DNA of 64,000 bases from an uncultured Bacilli bacterium (GTDB lineage Bacteria > Bacillota_I > Bacilli_A > RF39 > UBA660). The notes below the pieces were generated by a model. The model saw only the letters and a list, made by a program, of their open reading frames with translations, was not told the DNA's origin and did not search any database. The stretch spans positions 7,232 to 71,231 of the forward strand of contig CANQRL010000009.1 of the NCBI GenBank assembly GCA_947626275.1, in the 5' to 3' direction. The translations under genes were made by a program, and so were the position numbers. Shown in pieces: positions 42,070 to 52,248 of this stretch (within the stretch, counting starts at the first letter, position 1; the number at the start of each line of letters is the position of its first letter).

Positions 42070-43284
42070 ATGAATATATTTGAAATGTTAATCCTCAATA
42101 TCATTTTGATATCTTTTCCTCTATTTTGTTATCTACTTTATATCGTAGCGAATAAAAATGTTAGTAGAAGAGAAAAGGATTTCCTTTTTGACTTCGTCCT
42201 AGTTTCTTCTTCTTTTTTGTTAATTCATTATGGCAATTATTTTGAAAATGTCCTTTTATCCTTCTTTCTAGGAGGTACTGTCTTTTTAGCGTTATCTAAA
42301 AATAGATACTTTATTTCGCTTGTTTTAGAAGGGGTTGTCATTAGCTCTTATTATCCTGATTTGAAAAGCCTTCTCTATTTTTCTATCTTCTATTTTGTTT
42401 TTGATATCTTTGTGTTCCTTTATCATAAACATCCATGGAAACGATTTTCTTTTTTTAAAATCTATCTTTTTCTCTATAGTGCGGCTCTTATCTTGTGGAG
42501 ATTCTTATTCCATCAAACGGGGTTAGGCTATTCTATTTTATTGATTGGTATCTTTATCATTTTTATGAATCTATCGCTTATTTTGTTAGTACAAGGGGAA
42601 AAGGTTATGAAAAACCATCTCGAATTTCAAGAATTACAAAAGGAAAAGCAAATTCGTCTATCTCTTTTTAAAATTACCCATGAGATTAAAAATCCCGTTG
42701 CGGTATGTAAAGCTTACTTAGACATGTTTGATGTCGATAATGTCGAACATGCGAGAAAATATGTTCCGATTATCCAAAAAGAGATTGAAAGATTGCTTTT
42801 ATTGTTACAAGACTTTTTACTTGTTAATAAGTCCAATATGAAATATGAAATTATGGACGTCAATATGCTTTTAGAAGATGTTTTAAAGGACATTCGTCCT
42901 TTGATGGAGGAACACCAAATTTCTTTTAAAGTCAATACGATTGATGATGAATTATTCATTAGTGGGGACTATAATCGCCTAAATCAGGTATTTGTCAATC
43001 TTTTAAAAAATAGTATTGAAGCGAATGCGAAAACGATTCAGTTAAAGACCAATTTGACGAGTAAAATATTGGAAGTTCAAATCATCGATGATGGCGAAGG
43101 AATCAGTAGTGAAATTTTAGATAAGATAAAAGAGCCTTTTTATACGACTAAACCACGAGGTTCTGGACTGGGAGTATCCCTATCGAATGAAATTATTCAT
43201 GCCCATAGTGGAAAGCTAGAATATCAATCGAAAATGGGAGAGGGAACGAGTGTCAAAATTACGTTACCTCTTTACGTATTATAG
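42070..43284 (+). CDS. orphan membrane sensor histidine kinase (no adjacent response regulator)
   Basis: ~6 N-terminal TM helices. H-box ITHEIKNP, N-box LLKNSIEAN, G1 DDGEGI, G2 GSGLG. RBS GGTGA. Confidence 0.85.
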   Translation: MNIFEMLILNIILISFPLFCYLLYIVANKNVSRREKDFLFDFVLVSSSFLLIHYGNYFENVLLSFFLGGTVFLALSKNRYFISLVLEGVVISSYYPDLKSLLYFSIFYFVFDIFVFLYHKHPWKRFSFFKIYLFLYSAALILWRFLFHQTGLGYSILLIGIFIIFMNLSLILLVQGEKVMKNHLEFQELQKEKQIRLSLFKITHEIKNPVAVCKAYLDMFDVDNVEHARKYVPIIQKEIERLLLLLQDFLLVNKSNMKYEIMDVNMLLEDVLKDIRPLMEEHQISFKVNTIDDELFISGDYNRLNQVFVNLLKNSIEANAKTIQLKTNLTSKILEVQIIDDGEGISSEILDKIKEPFYTTKPRGSGLGVSLSNEIIHAHSGKLEYQSKMGEGTSVKITLPLYVL

Positions 43285-43325
43285 AAATTTTGATAGGTTT
43301 GTGATACAATTATTTTGGTGATGAT

Positions 43326-44822
43326 ATGAAACCTTTTGTACTTTGTATTATGGATGGAGTAGGAGAAAGAGAAGAAATTCATGGGAACGCTGTTAAGCAA
43401 GCCCATACTCCTACGTTAGATATGTTAAAAGAAAGATATGGATTTTCCACACTAGAAGCGAGTGGAGTGAAAGTTGGTCTTCCCAAGGGGCAAATGGGAA
43501 ATAGTGAGGTAGGACACATGAATATTGGGGCTGGAAGAATTATTTATCAGCCTCTAGAATTGATTAATCATGCTATCGAAAATGGAACTTTCTTTCAAAA
43601 TGAAGAAATTTTGAAAGTGATGAACCATGTGAAAGAACATCATTCAAAACTACATATCATGGGATTAATCAGCGATGGTGGGGTACATTCTACGGTTTAT
43701 CATTTACTTGCTCTACTAGATATGTGCAAACAAAACAATGTAGAAAGAATTTACCTTCATCTTTGTACAGATGGAAGAGATGTGGATCCTCATAGTGCCT
43801 ATACTTATATTTCGATGGTAGAAGAGAAATTAAAAGAAACCGGTGGTGTCATCGCAACAGTGGGCGGTCGGTATTATACGATGGATAGGGATAATAACTA
43901 TGACCGTTTAAAGAAGGGGTATGATGCCATTGTTAATGGGGTTGGACCGAAACATTCCTCTGTGAAAGAATTTATTGAGGAAAGCTATGCGAAACAGATT
44001 ACCGATGAATTTTTGATTCCAACCGTTTTTGATGAGAGTGGATTCCTAGAAGAAAATGATGGATTTATGACCTTTAATTTTCGAAAAGATCGGTTAAGAG
44101 AGCTATTTACAGCGATTACTAATCCAGAGTTTCATGAAATGGAAGTAAAAAGATTTTCTAATTTAGCGGTATTAACGATGTTACCAGTCGTAGAATCCGT
44201 GAAAGCTCCTCATGCTTTTGCTGATCCAAATCCTCAAAATATTTTAGGGGAGTATTTAGAGGAGAAGGGACTAACCCAACTTCGAATTGCGGAAACAGAA
44301 AAATATGCCCATGTTACTTTTTTCTTTGATGGTGGAAAAGAAGTAGATTATAGGGGAGAAAAGAAGATTTTAATTCCTTCTCCTAAAGTAGCTACTTATG
44401 ATTTAAAGCCTGAGATGAGTGCTTATACGGTAACAGAAGAACTAGTAAAAGCATTACCGGATTTTGATGTTGTTATTGTCAACTATGCAAATGGGGATAT
44501 GGTAGGTCATACAGGCGTGATGGAAGCGGCTATTAAGGCTGTCGAAGTAGTTGATGAATGTATTGGAAAAGTATATGAGAAAGTAATGGAATTAGGTGGT
44601 TGCATGATTGTGACAGCCGATCATGGAAATAGTGATACGATGTTAGATGAAAATGACAACGTTGTCACGAGTCATTCTACGAGTGTTGTCCCATTTATTG
44701 TTACGAAAGATAACATTCGAGTAAGAAATGGTAAACTAGGGGATATCGCACCAACAATGCTCTCTTTATTAGGATTAGAAATTCCTTCTGATATGACAGG
44801 AGAGGTTCTCATTGATAGCTAG
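43326..44822 (+). CDS. gpmI: 2,3-bisphosphoglycerate-independent phosphoglycerate mutase
   Basis: CIMDGVG, GNSEVGHMNIGAG (catalytic Ser), TADHGN, TSHS metal ligands all present. Confidence 0.95.
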   Translation: MKPFVLCIMDGVGEREEIHGNAVKQAHTPTLDMLKERYGFSTLEASGVKVGLPKGQMGNSEVGHMNIGAGRIIYQPLELINHAIENGTFFQNEEILKVMNHVKEHHSKLHIMGLISDGGVHSTVYHLLALLDMCKQNNVERIYLHLCTDGRDVDPHSAYTYISMVEEKLKETGGVIATVGGRYYTMDRDNNYDRLKKGYDAIVNGVGPKHSSVKEFIEESYAKQITDEFLIPTVFDESGFLEENDGFMTFNFRKDRLRELFTAITNPEFHEMEVKRFSNLAVLTMLPVVESVKAPHAFADPNPQNILGEYLEEKGLTQLRIAETEKYAHVTFFFDGGKEVDYRGEKKILIPSPKVATYDLKPEMSAYTVTEELVKALPDFDVVIVNYANGDMVGHTGVMEAAIKAVEVVDECIGKVYEKVMELGGCMIVTADHGNSDTMLDENDNVVTSHSTSVVPFIVTKDNIRVRNGKLGDIAPTMLSLLGLEIPSDMTGEVLIDS

Positions 44823-44823
44823 T

Positions 44824-45363
44824 ATGGGAGTTACTTTAACAGAGGCATTAGAAAGTTACCAACAAATGATTTCTAATTACTCTGTTTTTTCCTTTATTCT
44901 AATTGCGATGGTTGTTGTTGGGATCCTTTTATGGGTCAACCGGAATACCTCTACTACCTATTACTTTACTTGGGGCATCTTTTTCTTATTAGTTGTCATG
45001 ACTATCTACTTTCGAAGAATGGAACTACTAGATCATATCGATACGATATTCCAAGCAGATTTTTATCAAAACCTCTACTTTTATCATTGGAATATGATCT
45101 TTGCTTTCTTTCTTCTTCATTCCCAATTATCTTCTCATCGTATCTCTGAAGTATCAAAGATGCTTTGCCTTTTCTTTTTCATCGCTTTGTCAACGAATTG
45201 TGTTTTCCAATTTTTTATCAGTGATTATGTAGGAAATACGCCTATCCTTGTCCTTGGAAATACATATTCTATGATTGTTGTAGGAGACTTATTATCGTTT
45301 GCTTTTTATTTATTAGTAATCGTTTCTCATCTTGTTCCATACCATCCAAATAAAGCAAAATAA
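44824..45363 (+). CDS. hypothetical polytopic membrane protein
   Basis: 5-6 TM helices. Start uncertain: TTG at 44812 or ATG at 44824. Confidence 0.45.
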   Translation: MGVTLTEALESYQQMISNYSVFSFILIAMVVVGILLWVNRNTSTTYYFTWGIFFLLVVMTIYFRRMELLDHIDTIFQADFYQNLYFYHWNMIFAFFLLHSQLSSHRISEVSKMLCLFFFIALSTNCVFQFFISDYVGNTPILVLGNTYSMIVVGDLLSFAFYLLVIVSHLVPYHPNKAK

Positions 45364-45433
45364 ATGTGTCATTTTGACAAAAACTAGAGAACATGTTATA
45401 ATGGTGAACGTCTTGTAAAAAGGAGTGAATTGT

Positions 45434-46015
45434 TTGAAAATTACTAGCGTTAATTTAGTCGTAAGCGCAGTTAGAAGGAGTCAATATCCGACGGATGGAA
45501 AGTCAGAATTCTTGTTAGTTGGTAGATCGAATGTAGGGAAGAGTAGTTTTATCAATACCCTAATCAATCGAAAAAACTTTGCGCGGACATCAGCGACCCC
45601 TGGAAAAACCCAAACGATTAATTTTTATTTGGTCAATGAAGATTTCTATTTGGTAGATGCTCCTGGATACGGTTTTGCGGCTTTAAGTAAGCAGAAACAA
45701 AAGAAATTTGGCTTGATGATGGAAGATTATTTACAAAATAGACCGAATCTAAAACAAGTATTTATGTTAGTCGATTTTCGTCATCGACCTACGAATGACG
45801 ATTTGATGATGTATAATTTCTTAAAGCATTATAAAATTCCGGTTACGATTGTCGCAACGAAAACGGATAAAGTAAAAATTACCCTTCATCAAAAACAAAG
45901 AGCAACGATTTTAGCGGATTTGGATTTGGTTGTTGGTGATGATTTTACGATGTTTTCCAATGTTACGAAATTAGGAAAAAATGAAATTTATCAAAAGATA
46001 GAAAGAACGATGTAG
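45434..46015 (+). CDS. engB: ribosome biogenesis GTP-binding protein YihA/YsxC (EngB)
   Basis: GRSNVGKSSFIN G1 motif, DAPGYG, TKTDK. A TTG start at 45434 with AGGAG 8 nt upstream matches the B. subtilis YsxC N-terminus better than the track's GTG at 45425. Confidence 0.85.
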   Translation: MKITSVNLVVSAVRRSQYPTDGKSEFLLVGRSNVGKSSFINTLINRKNFARTSATPGKTQTINFYLVNEDFYLVDAPGYGFAALSKQKQKKFGLMMEDYLQNRPNLKQVFMLVDFRHRPTNDDLMMYNFLKHYKIPVTIVATKTDKVKITLHQKQRATILADLDLVVGDDFTMFSNVTKLGKNEIYQKIERTM

Positions 46016-46059
46016 TTCCCATCTATCTTTTTTTTCATACACTACTATTGGGTGGTAGG

Positions 46060-46518
46060 GTGAAAATAGAAGAGAAGGAAGACGAGTTAGTTCTCTTTTT
46101 AAAAAAATCAGAAATCGAAAATTTTTGTTTCGAAGATTTAGAGGCGATTGAAGACTCTTTTCGTTCCTTATTTCTAAATTTAGAAGAGTACTATCATATT
46201 ACGATAGAGGGATTTTACAATATCCATGTCTATCTAGATCCAGAAGAAGGAATGGTTTTAACGCTTCAACAGGAAGATTTGGACTATTATCCTTTTCATC
46301 AGGTAGAAATGCGAATTGTGAAAGAAGAGACGAGCTTTTTATATCAAGTAGAAGAGCCACTAGATTTTTTAACTCCTGATTTTGACATCTATGTGTATAA
46401 AAATCATTTTTATGTGAAAAAAAAGACTTCCAAAGAGGTATATTCTTCCTATGAATGGGGAAAACTAATTTATGAAAAGACCAATATCATATTAGAAAGA
46501 GGCAAATTGTTGACATAA
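46060..46518 (+). CDS. possible short MecA-like adaptor protein
   Basis: N-terminus MKIEEKEDELVLF resembles MecA MEIERINEHTVKF. Acidic middle region and a C-terminal YVYKNHFYV similar to the MecA C-terminal domain. GTG start after GGTGG. Terminator at 46525-46555. Confidence 0.4.
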   Translation: MKIEEKEDELVLFLKKSEIENFCFEDLEAIEDSFRSLFLNLEEYYHITIEGFYNIHVYLDPEEGMVLTLQQEDLDYYPFHQVEMRIVKEETSFLYQVEEPLDFLTPDFDIYVYKNHFYVKKKTSKEVYSSYEWGKLIYEKTNIILERGKLLT

Positions 46519-46611
46519 ACGTAAAGAAAATCATGTATTTTCTTTATTTTTTTTCCTTTTTCTCAAAAATTTGATATAATAGTTTTGAATAATAAGAATG
46601 GAGAGAGGGAT

Positions 46612-48210
46612 ATGCCTGGAAGTGGAAGAAAATCAATTTTACTATTAATGAATGGATTTGGAATGGAAGTTCCAAAGTCTTTTAATGTTTATACAGCGGC
46701 TCTTATGCCATCTTTGGCAAAGCTATCCAATTATTATCCATTTGTGTCTTTATTTGCAAGTGGTACAGAAATAGGATTAAACAAGGGACAATTATCTAGC
46801 TTTCGGGCAGGTTATTTGGCTTTTAGTTCCAATGGAAAACCAAATAAGAAGTCGAATGCCGTACAATCCCATATCGCAGCGAATACGTTTGCGACTAACC
46901 CAGTCATTGCCAATTCTATCAATTATGCGGTAGAGCATAACTCTAGATTACACATTTTCTTTAGTATCGGAGAACGTACAGAAGAAATTCAGTTTCAACA
47001 GTTGAAGACGTATGGGGAATTAGCGGCTCAATGTGGCGTTAAAGATATTTGTGTTCATATCTTTTTAGGCGATAACAGTGTTCAAAATATGAAAGTATCT
47101 AACCTATGGCTTAAGAACTTAAAATATCATGTACTCAACTTTGTACCACAGATGAGATTGGTATCCATTGCTGGACGAAAATATTTAACCGATGCACCAA
47201 AAGATCAAAAAATTGCTTATTATCGTATGATTGTAAGTGGAGTTGGAGAAGTTTGGACCAATTATGAAGAAACCCTTACGAAAAAATATCAAGGAAAAGA
47301 AACAGACGATACGATGGGAGGATTCCTTGTTGTCCGTGAAAATGTCCTTCGCGAATATGATAGTGTCATGAATTTCAACTATGATAACGGTGTTGGTGCG
47401 GAATATTTAGATATCATTCAAAAACCAGCTGAGTTCTTCCCAGCAGGAGGAAAAATTCCACTAAGTGTTGCGACCAATTCTCTTTTTGCTATCGCCGATA
47501 ATCCAAATATTCCTTATGCTTTTGAATCAGAATTACCTCAACATTTCTTCTTTGAAACGATTCCTAACGATAAAAAAATTTTATTAATTGCTGATAAGGA
47601 TCGACTTCAATATATCAGTAAATGTTTAAATGGATTTAGAGATCAATTTAAGCCAAATGTTCAAGTATGGCCAATTGAGGATAAAGAGAAACGGTTTGAA
47701 TTGATGTGTCAATATTTAGCGGCCTATATCAATCAAGATGCTTACGATTTAATTATTGCCGACTGTGATTTATATAATGAGCAAATAGAACCAAAAACCG
47801 TAGAACGATTGAGAAAGAACATGCAAGGTGTGGATAATGTATTAAACGTTGCCTATACTAGAGGAATGGAAAAAGGATATACGCTTTATGCTACTTCATT
47901 CTATGGAATTAAGACGAAACTTTTATTGACAACGACGTATGAAGAGATTGACTTCTCACAAAAGACCCCATTCTTAGTAGCAGGAAAAGATATTTCTAGA
48001 ACCAATACTTCTTTACAAATCGATGGAAACATTACGCAAGTCGCCCAGATTATGTTACGAAATCTTGGTGTCAATGTAGATGCTCCACTTGTTGGAGAAA
48101 AAGCGGTAGAAAAAGTAAAAAAGAAGATGCTTCCTGTTTTAATTATCATTCTAGCTATCTTTGCTATCTTTGTTGTCGGTGCATTACTATATGTTACAGG
48201 TGTTATTTAA
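46612..48210 (+). CDS. membrane tail-anchored, catalytically degenerate iPGM-like (metalloenzyme-superfamily) pseudoenzyme
   Basis: Aligns by eye to the true gpmI in this window, but with the catalytic and metal residues replaced: LLLMNGFG vs CIMDGVG, GQLSSFRAGY vs GQMGNSEVGH, ATSFYG vs TADHGN. A C-terminal TM helix (LPVLIIILAIFAIFVVGALLYV). Own TGATATAAT promoter at 46572-46580 and RBS GGAGAGAGGG. Terminator at 48211-48235. Confidence 0.6.
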   Translation: MPGSGRKSILLLMNGFGMEVPKSFNVYTAALMPSLAKLSNYYPFVSLFASGTEIGLNKGQLSSFRAGYLAFSSNGKPNKKSNAVQSHIAANTFATNPVIANSINYAVEHNSRLHIFFSIGERTEEIQFQQLKTYGELAAQCGVKDICVHIFLGDNSVQNMKVSNLWLKNLKYHVLNFVPQMRLVSIAGRKYLTDAPKDQKIAYYRMIVSGVGEVWTNYEETLTKKYQGKETDDTMGGFLVVRENVLREYDSVMNFNYDNGVGAEYLDIIQKPAEFFPAGGKIPLSVATNSLFAIADNPNIPYAFESELPQHFFFETIPNDKKILLIADKDRLQYISKCLNGFRDQFKPNVQVWPIEDKEKRFELMCQYLAAYINQDAYDLIIADCDLYNEQIEPKTVERLRKNMQGVDNVLNVAYTRGMEKGYTLYATSFYGIKTKLLLTTTYEEIDFSQKTPFLVAGKDISRTNTSLQIDGNITQVAQIMLRNLGVNVDAPLVGEKAVEKVKKKMLPVLIIILAIFAIFVVGALLYVTGVI

Positions 48211-48299
48211 GGTATTCGAAGGAATACATTTTTTGCTAAAATGATTGCTGAAGAATAGAGAAAATGGTATACTTTTGATAAGACGATAGGCGGGATTCT

Positions 48300-48926
48300 A
48301 TGATAAAATGGTTAGAAAAAAGTATCATAATACTGGGAATTATTCTTTTTCTATTCCTTTATATTTTTGGAAATGTTATCTATTATGAAACGTTAGCGCC
48401 ACTTGCCGCCTCTCTTTTACCATTTCTCATCTTACCGATTAGAAATTTAATTCTTTCTAAGAAAAGGCGATTGACGGCTTCTTATGCCATTGTAGAAATT
48501 TTGGTTATCCTCTTTGCTTTAGGAATGACAACTGTTCTATTCTTGGAAGATTGCTCTATCCTTCCATCTTCTACGATGACGAATAGGATTTGGATAGCGT
48601 CCCTACTCTGTATTTTAGTTGCTAGTATACCAGGTTTCTTCATGAAAAAAGAAAGGGAGAAACGAGAGAATCATCGCTTTTCCTATTTCTTACTTTTAAC
48701 GCCTGGGATTTGTACGTTTTTTTCAGATACCCAATCTCTTTTTGATTTAATCTTTATCGCCGTTTTTCTAGTCGGTTGGTTAAAAAATAAAGATATTTAT
48801 ATTAGGGTAGAGTATCAAAAATGGTATGCTATCTTATTTGTTCTAGCTTTTTTCTCCCGTAATCTTTTAGCGATTATCCTTCTTCCCATTTTATACTTTC
48901 AGTTGGATAGGATGCCAAATGTTTGA
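48300..48926 (+). CDS. hypothetical polytopic membrane protein
   Basis: 6 predicted TM helices. Terminator at 48943-48970. Confidence 0.5.
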   Translation: MIKWLEKSIIILGIILFLFLYIFGNVIYYETLAPLAASLLPFLILPIRNLILSKKRRLTASYAIVEILVILFALGMTTVLFLEDCSILPSSTMTNRIWIASLLCILVASIPGFFMKKEREKRENHRFSYFLLLTPGICTFFSDTQSLFDLIFIAVFLVGWLKNKDIYIRVEYQKWYAILFVLAFFSRNLLAIILLPILYFQLDRMPNV

Positions 48927-49061
48927 TTCAAAAAGGAATCTCGCAAGAGATTCTTTTTTTAGTATGATGAGCGATAAGAGTAATAATCGTTATATTCTAT
49001 AAACTTTTAACGTTTTTTAGATTTTTATGTTATAATACATGTGCACTGGAGATGAAATACA

Positions 49062-50672
49062 ATGAAAATGAAATATTATAATGGAAGAAAAACGAGAAAT
49101 ACTCTAAAAAAACGAATTGCTTTGGTGGGATTAGCTAGCGCGATTACGATTACGGGAGCAGCTTTTTTCCTACGTCCTGAACCCAAAGAAGAACCCCCAG
49201 TAGAAGAACATGCCATTACAGGAATTGTCTATCCAGAGGAGAAAGACGAAGCAGATACGGACTTTGTTTTAGTAGATAGTGCTTCGCCAGAAATTCTTGA
49301 ACAAGTATCTCGAGAACAAAAAAATATGGGATTAGTGGTAGATATGACGATGAACTCTTATTTAGAAGTATATAAAAAAGTGGATGAAGTTAAAAAAATC
49401 GTTAGAAAATATGAAATCACTTATCCTATTTGTTTGAATTTAGATCCTTATGTAGAGGAAAGAGAAAATTTTAGATCCTACTGGTGGTTAAATTCCTTAG
49501 TAAGAGAATTCGTTCAAAAATTAGAGGCTAACAACTGTTACGTCTGTGTTATGGGAAAAGAAGAAGTATTAAATTCTCTTATTAATTATCGGTATCATAA
49601 AGTACTCGTAAGAGAGCAAGATACCGATGTTGATACGAGTCAATACTGTATGGTAGTTTCGGATGGACAAGTAGATTTATTATGTCAAAATATAGCTGGA
49701 ATGATTGTATCTCAGGAGATGAATAGAGCAGATAGATTTGTCGATGACTTTTCTTATCAAATTCAAGAGGGAGATACTCTATGGCGTTTACAAGTCTTAT
49801 TTGGAATGCAAATGGATGATTTGAGTGACTACAATGGGATTGCTAATCCAGATATGCTATCTATTGGACAAAGAGTTACGATTCCTTCTATTTATGGGGA
49901 TATGGTAAATTACTATTATTCTGGGGTTAATCATGAACTGATGGATAGAGAAGATTTGGAAAAAGATTATGCATTAGGAATTGTCGTAGAATATAGCGGA
50001 TATGATTACAGCAATCTTGATTCCAGCATTCAATTTGCCATGATAAAATCGAGTCATGGAAAAGCCGTTTCTCCCGCTTTCTTAAAAAACTTAGAAACTT
50101 TCCGTTCTAAGGGACTAGCGATTGGAATTCAGCACTATTCTTCGGCTCGTACGGCTCAAGAAATCAATGAAGAGATTGCTGTTCTCCTTCCAACTTTAGA
50201 AGAGGCAGGTAGTGTGGAATTACCAGTATACCTAGATACTGAATCTAGCTTGTTATTAGACCATGAGGGCATTCGCAATGATTTGATAAATGGAACTGAT
50301 GAGGATCGAGAAAGAATTAATCAGATGTTTAGAACGTTCTGTGAGAAAATAACCGCTGCCGGATATACCGCTGGAATTCGTCTACATAAAGATGCTTATC
50401 CTTACCTTGATCAAGATTTAAAGAAAGGCTATGCGATTTGGTTAGTCGGAGGAGAATTTAATAATGAATACCTACACTTTGATAATTTAAAATTAGGGTA
50501 CAAGGAAAATAGTAATGTAACGAATTATCAAATCACTGATTTTTGTTTAGGAAATAGTATTGGAATGGGCGACGGGAATGAGCCATATATGACCGTAACA
50601 GCAATGGATAAAGAGTATTTTAATCAGCTCGTTGATCAACCAAAAGTGAAAGAATACCAAAAAAATGAATAA
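49062..50672 (+). CDS. cell-wall hydrolase: signal-anchor, LysM domain and GH25 muramidase domain
   Basis: LysM (YQIQEGDTLWRLQVLFGMQMDDLSDYNGI...IGQRVTIP). GH25-like core (FAMIKSSHG..., LPVYLDTE). Terminator at 50708-50735. Confidence 0.75.
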   Translation: MKMKYYNGRKTRNTLKKRIALVGLASAITITGAAFFLRPEPKEEPPVEEHAITGIVYPEEKDEADTDFVLVDSASPEILEQVSREQKNMGLVVDMTMNSYLEVYKKVDEVKKIVRKYEITYPICLNLDPYVEERENFRSYWWLNSLVREFVQKLEANNCYVCVMGKEEVLNSLINYRYHKVLVREQDTDVDTSQYCMVVSDGQVDLLCQNIAGMIVSQEMNRADRFVDDFSYQIQEGDTLWRLQVLFGMQMDDLSDYNGIANPDMLSIGQRVTIPSIYGDMVNYYYSGVNHELMDREDLEKDYALGIVVEYSGYDYSNLDSSIQFAMIKSSHGKAVSPAFLKNLETFRSKGLAIGIQHYSSARTAQEINEEIAVLLPTLEEAGSVELPVYLDTESSLLLDHEGIRNDLINGTDEDRERINQMFRTFCEKITAAGYTAGIRLHKDAYPYLDQDLKKGYAIWLVGGEFNNEYLHFDNLKLGYKENSNVTNYQITDFCLGNSIGMGDGNEPYMTVTAMDKEYFNQLVDQPKVKEYQKNE

Positions 50673-50784
50673 TTATTCTATCCATAGGGAGAAATTTTGA
50701 TTTTTTTGAGAGTCTATGTTAGACTCTTTTTTTCATATTTTGAAAACTTCTTCATATAGTTAAATGAAAGAAAGTAGGGAATAT

Positions 50785-52248
50785 ATGGAAAAAACGGATA
50801 TTATAAAAAGTATAACAACAAGAACAGGTGGAGATTTATATCTAGGGGTAGTAGGAGCCGTTAGAACAGGCAAAAGTACCTTCATTAAGAAGTTTATTGA
50901 AAACTTAGTAGTACCGAATATTACTGATGAATATGAACGAAAAAGATGTCTAGATGAAATCCCCCAATCGGCTCAAGGAAAAACCATTATGACAACGGAA
51001 CCAAAGTTTGTTCCGAGCAGTGCGGCTACGATTAAGATTGATGATTTTGAGACGAGTGTTCGCCTAGTCGATTGTGTAGGGTATGTGATCGATGGAGCAA
51101 AAGGATATGAGGATGAGAATGGTCCAAGAATGGTACGTACGCCTTGGTATGATGAAGAGATTCCTTTTGTTGAAGCAGCAGAAATTGGAACTGAAAAAGT
51201 GATTCGTGATCACTCTAGTATCGGAATTGTCGTTACGACGGATGCCTCTTTTGGAGAAATAGCAAGAAGTAGCTATATAGAAGCGGAAGAGCGGGTGATA
51301 GGAGAGTTAAAAAGTATTGGAAAACCTTTTATCGTCCTTTTAAATTCTGCTCATCCAATGTTACCAGAAACCGAATCTTTGGCAGATAAAATGCGAGAAG
51401 AATATCAGGTACCCGTATTGCCAATAAGTGCTGAAAATCTAAATGAGAAAGATGTCTATCAAATTTTAAAAGAGGCGTTATACGAATTTCCTGTATTAGA
51501 AGTGGAAGTCAATATGCCAGATTGGATTGCTTGCCTAGAACCTACTAATTGGCTTAAAAAAATCTATATCGACAAGATTAGAGAAAGTGTTGTGGAAGTA
51601 GATAAGTTAAGAGATATTGATACGATTACGAAACACTTTGAGGCTTGTGAGTATATTACGAAATCGTATATTTCTAATGTCGATACTTCTACCGGTATTG
51701 TAACGATTAATTTACAGGCAGATGATGAGTTATACAATCAGGTATTGAAAGAGATTGTTGGTAGAGAAGTCTCTAGTAGAGCAGATATTATTTCTCTTTT
51801 CCAGGAATATAATGAGGCTAAAACGGAATATGATCACATTAAAGGCGCTTTAGCGATGGTTAAAAAAACAGGATATGGAGTTGCTAGCCCAACGTTACAA
51901 GATATGAAATTAGAAACACCAGAAGTGATTAAACAGGGAAGTCGATACGGTATCAAATTAAAAGCCGTAGCGCCTTCTATTCACATGATAAGGGTCGATG
52001 TAGAATCCACTTTTGAGCCAATTATTGGTTCGGAAGTACAAAGTAAAGAATTGATTGACTATCTCATGAAAGATCAAGACAATATTTGGAAGAGTGAGAT
52101 TTTTGGTAGAAGTTTAGATGTCATAGTTAAAGAAGGAATTCAAGCAAAGATTTCGCTCATGCCAGAAGGAGCACGGTATAAGCTTCAACAAACGTTGTGT
52201 AAATTAGTAAATAAAGGCTCTGGAAATTTATTTACCTTAGTCATATAA
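50785..52248 (+). CDS. spoIVA: stage IV sporulation protein A (spore-coat basement-layer ATPase)
   Basis: N-terminus MEKTDIIKSITTRTGGDLYLGVVGAVRTGKSTFIKKF (Walker A) is near-identical in pattern to B. subtilis SpoIVA. Confidence 0.9.
   Translation: MEKTDIIKSITTRTGGDLYLGVVGAVRTGKSTFIKKFIENLVVPNITDEYERKRCLDEIPQSAQGKTIMTTEPKFVPSSAATIKIDDFETSVRLVDCVGYVIDGAKGYEDENGPRMVRTPWYDEEIPFVEAAEIGTEKVIRDHSSIGIVVTTDASFGEIARSSYIEAEERVIGELKSIGKPFIVLLNSAHPMLPETESLADKMREEYQVPVLPISAENLNEKDVYQILKEALYEFPVLEVEVNMPDWIACLEPTNWLKKIYIDKIRESVVEVDKLRDIDTITKHFEACEYITKSYISNVDTSTGIVTINLQADDELYNQVLKEIVGREVSSRADIISLFQEYNEAKTEYDHIKGALAMVKKTGYGVASPTLQDMKLETPEVIKQGSRYGIKLKAVAPSIHMIRVDVESTFEPIIGSEVQSKELIDYLMKDQDNIWKSEIFGRSLDVIVKEGIQAKISLMPEGARYKLQQTLCKLVNKGSGNLFTLVI

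Noticed and set aside
44812-45363. Possible translational fusion of the gpmI 3' end with the downstream membrane protein
   Set aside because: Different reading frames. gpmI has a clean TAG stop at 44820-44822.
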